A program made the translations under genes and the position numbers. A stretch of 64,000 bases of DNA, taken from Oscillospiraceae bacterium (lineage in GTDB: Bacteria > Bacillota > Clostridia > Oscillospirales > Ruminococcaceae). Shown here one piece after another: positions 55,252 through 64,000 of the stretch. Every line of letters starts with the position of its first letter. Position 1 is the first letter of the stretch. The stretch is from the NCBI GenBank assembly GCA_024404875.1, contig JAKSPK010000003.1, forward strand, positions 16,497 to 80,496, given 5' to 3'. Under the pieces are notes generated by a model, which made no database searches, was not told the origin of the DNA, and saw nothing but the letters and a program-made list of their open reading frames with translations.

Positions 55252-56757
55252 ATGAATTTAAGACCAGATGAAATTACCGGCATCATCAAGGAACAGCTCA
55301 AAAACTATGAAGCAAAGCTGAACCTTGCCGATGTCGGAACGGTAATCACGGTCGGCGACGGCATAGCAAATGTCCACGGTCTGGAACAGTGTATGTCCGG
55401 CGAGCTGCTCGAATTCGAGGGCGGCATCTCCGGCATGGCGCTGAATCTGGAGCATGACTTTGTCGGTGCTGTTCTGCTCGGCTCTGATCACGATATCAAA
55501 GAGGGCGCTTCGGTCAAGCGCACAAAGCGCATCGTCTCTGTTCCGGTCGGCGAGGAGCTGCTCGGCAGAGTCGTCAATGCGCTCGGTGAACCGATCGACG
55601 GCAAGGGGGCGATTCTGACTGAAAAGTCCATGCCGATCGAAAAGATCGCGCCCGGCATCATCACAAGAAAATCGGTGCATGAGCCGCTGCAAACCGGTAT
55701 CAAGGCGATTGACTCCATGATCCCGATCGGCAGAGGACAGCGTGAGCTCATCATCGGCGACCGTCAGACCGGCAAGACAACGATCGCCCTCGACACAATC
55801 ATGAATCAGAAGGACAAGAATGTCATCTGTATTTATGTCGCGATCGGTCAGAAGCGTTCCACCGTCGCAAATGTCGTGGAAACGCTGACGAAAGCGGATG
55901 CGATGAAGTATACGATCGTGGTCTCCGCGACCGCGTCCGAACTGGCTCCGCTGCAGTACATCGCGCCGTATTCCGGCTGTACAATGGGTGAATATTTCAC
56001 CGATCAGGGCAAAGATGTACTGATCGTTTACGATGATCTTTCCAAGCACGCAGTCGCATACAGAACGCTCTCGCTGCTGCTGAAGCGTCCGCCGGGACGC
56101 GAGGCCTATCCGGGCGATGTATTCTATCTGCATTCGCGTCTGCTGGAACGCGCCTGCTGCCTGAATGAGAATTACGGCGGCGGATCGCTGACGGCACTCC
56201 CGATCATCGAGACACAGGCGGGCGATGTTTCCGCCTATATTCCGACAAATGTCATCTCCATCACGGACGGACAGATCTTTCTGGAAACGGATCTTTTCAA
56301 TGCAGGCGTACGGCCGGCAGTCAATCCGGGTATTTCGGTTTCCCGTGTTGGCTCTGCAGCACAGATTCCCGCAATGAAAAAGGTTTCCGGTTCACTGAAG
56401 CTGACCTATTCGCAGTTCCGCGAATTGCAGGCTTTCTCGCAGTTTGGCTCCGATCTCGACAAGGACACGAAGGAGCGTCTGGCAAAGGGCGAGCGTGTGG
56501 TCGAGGTGCTGAAGCAAGGTAAGAACAGCCCGCTCTCGGCAGAGGATCAGGTCGTCATCCTCTACGCTGTAACGAACAATCTTATGCGTGATGTTCCGGT
56601 CGCGAGCGTCGCGGATTTCGAGGATGCATTGCTGCGTGAGGTACATGAAACGCACAGCGAACTGATCGTCTCGATCCATGAAACCGGCAAGCTGCTCCCT
56701 GAGACCGAAAAAGAACTGAAAACGGTCATCACCGAATTCGTACAGACCTTTGTATGA
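55252..56757 (+). CDS. atpA: F0F1 ATP synthase subunit alpha
   Basis: [15 protein letters not shown]..., Walker A GDRQTGKT. The ATG at 55252 follows GGTAGGTG; the track start is 55237. Confidence 0.95.
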   Translation: MNLRPDEITGIIKEQLKNYEAKLNLADVGTVITVGDGIANVHGLEQCMSGELLEFEGGISGMALNLEHDFVGAVLLGSDHDIKEGASVKRTKRIVSVPVGEELLGRVVNALGEPIDGKGAILTEKSMPIEKIAPGIITRKSVHEPLQTGIKAIDSMIPIGRGQRELIIGDRQTGKTTIALDTIMNQKDKNVICIYVAIGQKRSTVANVVETLTKADAMKYTIVVSATASELAPLQYIAPYSGCTMGEYFTDQGKDVLIVYDDLSKHAVAYRTLSLLLKRPPGREAYPGDVFYLHSRLLERACCLNENYGGGSLTALPIIETQAGDVSAYIPTNVISITDGQIFLETDLFNAGVRPAVNPGISVSRVGSAAQIPAMKKVSGSLKLTYSQFRELQAFSQFGSDLDKDTKERLAKGERVVEVLKQGKNSPLSAEDQVVILYAVTNNLMRDVPVASVADFEDALLREVHETHSELIVSIHETGKLLPETEKELKTVITEFVQTFV

Positions 56758-56771
56758 CGGGAGGTTGAATC

Positions 56772-57638
56772 ATGGCAGCTTCCAATATGAAGGCGATCAA
56801 ACGCCGCATCAAGAGCGTCGAGAGCACCATGCAGATCACCAAGGCAATGGAGCTCGTCTCCTCCTCTAAGCTGCGCAAGGCGAAGGAACGCGCAGAGCAG
56901 GCAGTCCCGTTCTTCAATCTGCTCTATCAGACCATGAGTGAGGTCGCATCGGAGGCGGTCGGCTTTCATTCGGTATTCACCGAGCTGCGCGACAGCGGTG
57001 CGGTGCTGCTGATCGTCATGGCCGGCGACAGAGGTCTTGCCGGCGGCTTCAATCTCAATGTATTCCGGCTGGCAGATGCACGTATCCGAGAACTGCAGAA
57101 AGCGGGCAAAGAGGCTGTGCTGATGACAGTCGGCAGAAAGGCCTCCGAACATTATGCCAAGACCGACTGCCGTATTCTCGGCACATTTGATAATGTCGGT
57201 GAAACGGTCACGACCTATACCGCGCTGCATATGGCGGATCATATCGTGCATCTGTTCGGGCAGGGACATCTGGCGGCGGTCGAGGTATTCTTTACAAATA
57301 TGGTCTCGCCGCTGGCACAGGAGGCGCGGCGTATGCAGGTCATCCCCGTGCCGAATCTGGAACGGAATCCCGGCGTGCAGAGCCTGACGCATTATGAACC
57401 AAGCCCCGAAGCCGTGTTCGATTCGCTGATCCCGCAGTATCTCGGCGGCATTCTCTACTGCACGATCGTCGATACCTATGCCTCTGAACAGGCTGCGCGG
57501 CGCATCGCAATGGAAAATGCTACCGACAATGCACAGGAGATGATCGACGATCTCTCCCTGAAATACAACCGTGCGCGGCAGGCATCCATTACGCAGGAGC
57601 TGACGGAAATCGTTTCCGGCGCAAATGCACAGCACTAA
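56772..57638 (+). CDS. atpG: F0F1 ATP synthase subunit gamma
   Basis: 288 aa, MAASNMKAIKRRIKSVESTMQITKAMELV..., with C-terminus ITQELTEIVSGA. Confidence 0.93.
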   Translation: MAASNMKAIKRRIKSVESTMQITKAMELVSSSKLRKAKERAEQAVPFFNLLYQTMSEVASEAVGFHSVFTELRDSGAVLLIVMAGDRGLAGGFNLNVFRLADARIRELQKAGKEAVLMTVGRKASEHYAKTDCRILGTFDNVGETVTTYTALHMADHIVHLFGQGHLAAVEVFFTNMVSPLAQEARRMQVIPVPNLERNPGVQSLTHYEPSPEAVFDSLIPQYLGGILYCTIVDTYASEQAARRIAMENATDNAQEMIDDLSLKYNRARQASITQELTEIVSGANAQH

Positions 57639-57651
57639 TTTTAGAAAGTGA

Positions 57652-59492
<1,841 letters not shown>

Positions 59493-59512
59493 CAATACAG
59501 AAAGGTTTATGT

Positions 59513-60190
59513 ATGGGAAAAAGTCGTTTTCTTGGCGTGGCGACAATGGTCGCTCTGGTTTTTGGCGTTGTGTTCCTCACAAATACCCCGCAGTTCCTGA
59601 AATATACAAAGGGTGATATCAAGAATTTTGAGGAGCTTGAGCCCAACGAACTTAACATCGGTGATCTTGTAAAGGGCACGATTGATTTCACGGACGGCTC
59701 ATTCGCAGAAATGGAGGAGACCAATACCACATTCGGTATTGAGACCTCCAAGCGCACCACGAAGCAGTATTATGCGGTGTATATGTATAATGATATGTAT
59801 GTTGCTTATGAGACCGGAAATTCCGAGCAAATCGCGAAGCTCGACAAGCTCGCGGAAGAATGCCAGGAGTATTATGAAAGCCTCGAGAATGCATATTACA
59901 ATAATGATGACGATCCGGATCTCTCCGAGATTGTTCAGCCTTCGACCGAAGTCGAATTCGAGGGCACGGTCAAGGAGCTTCCTACCGATCTCGACAAACT
60001 CTTCCGCGAATGGTACGGCGAAGGCTACGACGACGAGGTCGAAAAGGTGCTCATCACCCGTGCGGATTTTAACCGGATGGGCTACATCGTTTATGCCGGC
60101 CTTGGATGCGCTGTACTGGGCATCATCCTGCTGATCGTGACAATCATTGTCTGGCGCAAAGAGAAAACAGAGAATTCCTTCAGCTATTGA
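59513..60190 (+). CDS. Hypothetical protein with N- and C-terminal TM helices and an acidic extracytoplasmic domain
   Basis: 225 aa. It starts 20 nt after atpC and is visibly more AT-rich than its neighbours. I recognise no family. Confidence 0.55.
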   Translation: MGKSRFLGVATMVALVFGVVFLTNTPQFLKYTKGDIKNFEELEPNELNIGDLVKGTIDFTDGSFAEMEETNTTFGIETSKRTTKQYYAVYMYNDMYVAYETGNSEQIAKLDKLAEECQEYYESLENAYYNNDDDPDLSEIVQPSTEVEFEGTVKELPTDLDKLFREWYGEGYDDEVEKVLITRADFNRMGYIVYAGLGCAVLGIILLIVTIIVWRKEKTENSFSY

Positions 60191-60230
60191 CATCCGCAGC
60201 ATTCATTCTGAAAAAAGAGGGGTTTTTTGA

Positions 60231-61961
60231 ATGAAAATAATGTCCAAGCTGGCTGCTCTGCTTTCAGCAGCAGCAATGCTTGCAATGCAGGGTACGATGC
60301 TGCCCGCCCAGCCTGTCTTAGCCGCCCGCGATACGCACAGCGATGACTGGCTCCATGTCGAAGGCGACAAGATCGTCGATCTGGACGGCAATGAGGTCTG
60401 GCTCACCGGTGTCAACTGGTTCGGCTACAATGTCGGCTCGCAGGTGTTTGACGGTGTCTGGTCACAGAATATGCACTGGTGCCTCGAGCTGATCGCCGAT
60501 CACGGCTTCAATCTGCTGCGTGTGCCGGTGTCCACACAGCTCCTGCTGCAATGGAAGGACCGCGCGCCCGAAGGGCCGCTCGTTAAGGTCAACACATATG
60601 AGAACCCGGAGCTCACCGAGGAGGGCATCGAAGGCGGCACACCGAAATACAGCCTTGATATCTGGGACCAGGCGGTCGAATGGTGCCGTGAACTTGGCAT
60701 CAAGATCATGGTCGATATTCACTGTGCAACGACCGCTTCCAACGGCCACACGCTCCCGCTGTGGTATGATAACAACTATTCTGAAGACGACTGGGTTGAG
60801 GCACTTGAATGGGTCGCGGATTACTATAAAGACGATGACACAATCATTGCGATCGACCTGAAAAATGAGCCGCACGGAAAGCCGGAAGAAACCAACTTCG
60901 CCAAGTGGGATAATTCCAACGATGAGAACAACTGGAAACGTGCTGCTGAGCGCGGTGCAAAAGCTGTGCTCGATATCAACCCCAATCTGCTGATTATGGT
61001 CGAGGGCATTGAGTGTTATCCCGATTTCTCCCGCGGCGCTGATTGGTCTACGCCTTCGATTGACTATGCGCATTATGACGAACCGAGCAAGATCTTCGGC
61101 GCATGGTGGGGTGCAAATTTCCGCGGTGTTCGCGATTATCCGATTGACCTCGGAGAATACCAGAGCCAGCTCGTCTACTCTCCGCATGACTACGGCCCGG
61201 AGGTCTATAATCAGAAGTGGTTCTATCTGGCGGATGACAGCAAAACCTTCTCCCGCGAGACGCTGCTCGATGACTACTGGCGCGACACCTGGGCATTCAT
61301 TGCCGAGGAACACATCGCACCGCTGCTCATGGGCGAATGGGGCGGCTGGGTCGATGCGGAACACGACAAATCCGGCGAAAATGTTCACTGGCTCCAGGAG
61401 ATCCGCGATTACATGATCGACAACCATATTCATCACACCTTCTGGTGCTTCAACGAAAATTCCTCAGATACCGGCGGCCTTGTCTATGATAACTTCGGCA
61501 AGTGGGATGATGTGAAATATGACTTCATCAAGTCGGCGATCTGGCAGGATGAAAATGGTGTATTCATCGGTCTGGATCATACCATTCCGATCGGCGCAAA
61601 CGGTCAGACAGTCACGCAGTATTACAGCGGCACATCCCCGCAGCCGCAAGAACCGCCGGAGGAGCCGAAGGTCACGACAGCCGCTGCAACGACAACAACG
61701 GCCGTCACGACAACCGGCGATTCTGAACCGCAGGACAATCTGATGCCCGGCGATGCAAACTGCGACGGCTATATTGATGTTGAAGATACTGTTCTGATCG
61801 CCCGCGTGCTGGCAGAGGATGACAAAGCAGTTCTTTCAACAACCGGCAAAATCAATGCAGATTGCGACGGCGTCAAGGGACTTTCGATGGATGACAGCAC
61901 TGCGATCCTCCTTGTGATCGCAAAGCTGAATCCGGCGGACAGTCTGACTGCACCACAATAA
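60231..61961 (+). CDS. Glycoside hydrolase family 5 endoglucanase with Thr-rich linker and C-terminal dockerin
   Basis: It has a signal peptide, the GH5 acid/base motif DLKNEPHG and the nucleophile motif MGEWGG. The dockerin duplicated Ca-loops are DANCDGYIDVEDTVLIARV and NADCDGVKGLSMDDSTAILLVI. Confidence 0.9.
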   Translation: MKIMSKLAALLSAAAMLAMQGTMLPAQPVLAARDTHSDDWLHVEGDKIVDLDGNEVWLTGVNWFGYNVGSQVFDGVWSQNMHWCLELIADHGFNLLRVPVSTQLLLQWKDRAPEGPLVKVNTYENPELTEEGIEGGTPKYSLDIWDQAVEWCRELGIKIMVDIHCATTASNGHTLPLWYDNNYSEDDWVEALEWVADYYKDDDTIIAIDLKNEPHGKPEETNFAKWDNSNDENNWKRAAERGAKAVLDINPNLLIMVEGIECYPDFSRGADWSTPSIDYAHYDEPSKIFGAWWGANFRGVRDYPIDLGEYQSQLVYSPHDYGPEVYNQKWFYLADDSKTFSRETLLDDYWRDTWAFIAEEHIAPLLMGEWGGWVDAEHDKSGENVHWLQEIRDYMIDNHIHHTFWCFNENSSDTGGLVYDNFGKWDDVKYDFIKSAIWQDENGVFIGLDHTIPIGANGQTVTQYYSGTSPQPQEPPEEPKVTTAAATTTTAVTTTGDSEPQDNLMPGDANCDGYIDVEDTVLIARVLAEDDKAVLSTTGKINADCDGVKGLSMDDSTAILLVIAKLNPADSLTAPQ

Positions 61962-61977
61962 TCTATCACTCAGTGCG

Positions 61978-62003
61978 GGCGGCAGATCATGCCGCCTGTT
62001 CTG
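61978..62003 (+). terminator. Weak hairpin terminator after the GH5 gene
   Basis: GGCGGCA-gatca-TGCCGCC followed by TGTTCTG. The U-tract is poor. Confidence 0.35.
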
Positions 62004-62021
62004 CAATACGGAGGTTTTACT

Positions 62022-63209
62022 ATGAGTCTGGAACAGGTTCCCGCCTCGGAGCGGATCCACATCGGTTTTTTTGGCGCACGAAATGCCGGAAAATCCAGTC
62101 TTGTCAATGCGCTGACCGGACAAGAGGTCTCGATCGTTTCCGATGTCGCCGGCACAACGACAGATGCGGTCATGAAAAGCATGGAGCTGCTTCCGCTCGG
62201 AGCTGTCGTGCTGACCGATACAGCAGGATATGACGACGATGACGAGGCGCTCGGCGCACAGCGCATTGCAAAAACAAAACGCGAACTTTACCGCACGGAT
62301 ATTGCCGTGCTCGCGGCCGATGCTGCAAAGCCGATGAACGAAACGGAAGCAGCACTGATCCGTCTGTTTGAGCAAGAGCATACACCCTATCTCATCGCGC
62401 TGACAAAATGCGACCAACTGACAGAACGCCGCAGCGATCTACCCGAAAATGTCGTCTATGTCAGTGCAAAAACCGGTGAGGGAATCGAACGGCTCAAGGA
62501 GATGCTCGGTGTGCTTTCGCAGAGCGATGCACCGGAGCGGTATATCATCCGCGATATGCTGAAGCCGGATGACTTGGTAATCCTCGTGACGCCTATCGAC
62601 GAATCCGCACCGAAGGGACGGCTGATCCTCCCGCAGCAGCAAACGCTGCGCGAGGTACTGGATGCAAATGCGAATGCACTGCTCGTTCAGCCGGAACAGC
62701 TCAACGGTCTGCTTGCAGCACTGAAGTACCCGCCGCGCATCGTCGTGACGGACAGCCAGGCATTTGCCGCAGTCGCGGCGACCGTACCGGAATCTATCCC
62801 ACTGACTTCTTTCTCGATCCTCATGGCACGCTACAAGGGCTTTTTGCAAACGGCGTTCGAAGGCGTCCGGACGCTGAAAGAACTGCCGGGAAACGCAAAG
62901 ATCCTCATTGCCGAGGGCTGTACGCATCACCGGCAGTGCGGCGACATCGGAACGGTCAAACTGCCGAAAGCCATCCAAAAGCTGACCGGAAAGCAGTTTG
63001 CACTGTCATGGTGTTCGGGCGGCACATTTCCGGAGGATCTTCGCGGCTATGATCTCGTGATCCACTGCGGCGGCTGTATGCGCACAGAGCGCGAGATGCA
63101 ATGGCGGATGCGGACAGCGCTGGCGCAGGGCGTTCCGTTCACGAATTACGGTATCACACTCGCTGCGTGTACGGGTATTCTGGACCGTGCAGCGGCTCCG
63201 GTCACATAA
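62022..63209 (+). CDS. hydF: [FeFe]-hydrogenase H-cluster maturation GTPase HydF
   Basis: G1 GARNAGKSSL, G2 GTTTD, G3 DTAG, G4 TKCD. The C-terminal cluster ligands are CTHH...HCGGC. The ATG at 62022 follows SD GGAGG. Confidence 0.88.
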   Translation: MSLEQVPASERIHIGFFGARNAGKSSLVNALTGQEVSIVSDVAGTTTDAVMKSMELLPLGAVVLTDTAGYDDDDEALGAQRIAKTKRELYRTDIAVLAADAAKPMNETEAALIRLFEQEHTPYLIALTKCDQLTERRSDLPENVVYVSAKTGEGIERLKEMLGVLSQSDAPERYIIRDMLKPDDLVILVTPIDESAPKGRLILPQQQTLREVLDANANALLVQPEQLNGLLAALKYPPRIVVTDSQAFAAVAATVPESIPLTSFSILMARYKGFLQTAFEGVRTLKELPGNAKILIAEGCTHHRQCGDIGTVKLPKAIQKLTGKQFALSWCSGGTFPEDLRGYDLVIHCGGCMRTEREMQWRMRTALAQGVPFTNYGITLAACTGILDRAAAPVT

Positions 63210-63305
63210 TCATTCAAACAGCTTCCCACACTATATTGATCGCAGCAATTTTAAGCTTTGTCTGTAAAATCTGATACCATATGTATTTTAATTGTATATA
63301 TAGAA

Positions 63306-63338
63306 AAAGCTGAGTAACTTTTTGGGTTACTCAGCTTT
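63306..63338. terminator. Perfect 13-bp palindromic hairpin (bidirectional terminator)
   Basis: AAAGCTGAGTAAC-tttttgg-GTTACTCAGCTTT. T-runs flank it on both strands. Confidence 0.6.
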
Positions 63339-63661
63339 ACACTTATTAATTCTATTATTCATTGTATCAAGCCGATACAGAAACCAATTTTCTTATCCTT
63401 TCAAGAAAAAAATTCAACTGCATTTCCAGCATCTTCTGGCCCGTTGCAATGACAACTGCTTTTTTTATAAATACCTCCGATTATTTCAATGACAAGGTAA
63501 TTTTCACATCACCTTTGCCGAGAATACTTATTAATTCCTTCTGTGTCAGATTGTCAACAGGACCGATTAATGAGATGATTTATGAGGATATTCGCTCGCA
63601 ACTCATTGCTGCACTGAAAAAGTTCTGTCCCCAGACACTTTACCGAGAATTCAGATCATGC

Positions 63662-63690
63662 AAAAAGAGAGGGCCTCGGCCCTCTCTTTT
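63662..63690 (-). terminator. Intrinsic terminator after the partial membrane-protein gene
   Basis: AAGAGAGGGCC-tc-GGCCCTCTCTT, followed on the minus strand by TTTTG. Confidence 0.7.
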
Positions 63691-63702
63691 ATCATCCGGA
63701 TA

Positions 63703-64000
63703 TTATGCAATCCACAGCTGCAGTGCAGCGGAAAATGCAAGCAGCAGTCCGCTGATTGCAATATTCAGAATATGTGCAGCCGGCTTTGCGTTCTGTTTCC
63801 TTTTCACAAACAGGAAAAACAGAGAAGCCAGCAAAGACACTCCATAACACCCTATGCACATCATCTCTGCATACTTTGTCAATGTTTTACAGAGCGTGAA
63901 TACACCTGAATAGGAAAGCAAGAAAATATAATAAATCACAATGCCGGCAAGAGATACAATACCCGCAGCCCGTGAAAGAATGATAAACTGCCATCCGCCG
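63703..64000 (-). CDS. Multi-pass membrane protein, C-terminal part only (N-terminus outside the window)
   Basis: The frame is open from the window edge: GGWQFIILSRAAGIVSLAGIVIYYIFLLSYSGVFTL...LLLAFSAALQLWIA. It is hydrophobic throughout, and the track shows only its last 78 codons. Confidence 0.55.
   Translation of the reverse strand, partial: GGWQFIILSRAAGIVSLAGIVIYYIFLLSYSGVFTLCKTLTKYAEMMCIGCYGVSLLASLFFLFVKRKQNAKPAAHILNIAISGLLLAFSAALQLWIA

Noticed and set aside
60462-61436. 324-aa minus-strand ORF
   Set aside because: It is antisense to the GH5 cellulase gene and is a shadow ORF.
63362-63847. 161-aa plus-strand ORF
   Set aside because: It reads through a perfect terminator hairpin and into the antisense of the terminal membrane-protein gene. 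It has no SD.

Overview
This is a 64-kb chromosomal segment from a moderately high-GC, spore-forming, cellulosome-type Firmicute. It looks Ruminococcaceae-like: it carries spoIVA and two proteins with Ruminococcus-style dockerins. I saw no rRNA, tRNA, CRISPR array, transposase or integrase, so this is core metabolism rather than a mobile island.

The dominant feature is a 28.5-kb run of co-directional minus-strand genes (6.9-35.4 kb), almost all of which make or consume glutamine.
- Its gene order is a T-box-controlled trp operon (trpE, trpGD, trpC, trpF, trpB, trpA), a DUF1848-like gene, a five-gene split (archaeal-type) glutamate synthase fused operonically to pyrG and purF, then glnA, an ANTAR antiterminator gene, glnN (type III GS), carA, an in-frame carB-dapF fusion, dapL and lysA.
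- gdhA lies on the same strand at the left edge of the window.
- Two near-isostructural terminator/anti-terminator leaders, in front of glnN and of the glutamate synthase operon, look like targets of the ANTAR protein.

The rest of the window contains:
- a SipL-like gene next to spoIVA
- mgtE with an M-box-like leader
- a three-gene operon of uncharacterised membrane-anchored proteins
- a cation:proton antiporter with a terminator-containing leader
- an LRR/dockerin surface protein with seven tandem His/Cys modules
- a sugar ABC transporter with a GH88/105 hydrolase
- the complete F1Fo ATP synthase operon
- a GH5 dockerin cellulase
- an orphan hydF

Promoters are strikingly close to consensus (TTGACA-17 nt-TATAAT-like) and easy to read by eye. 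All calls come from manual reading of the sequence and the ORF track. No database search or RNA-folding program was run.
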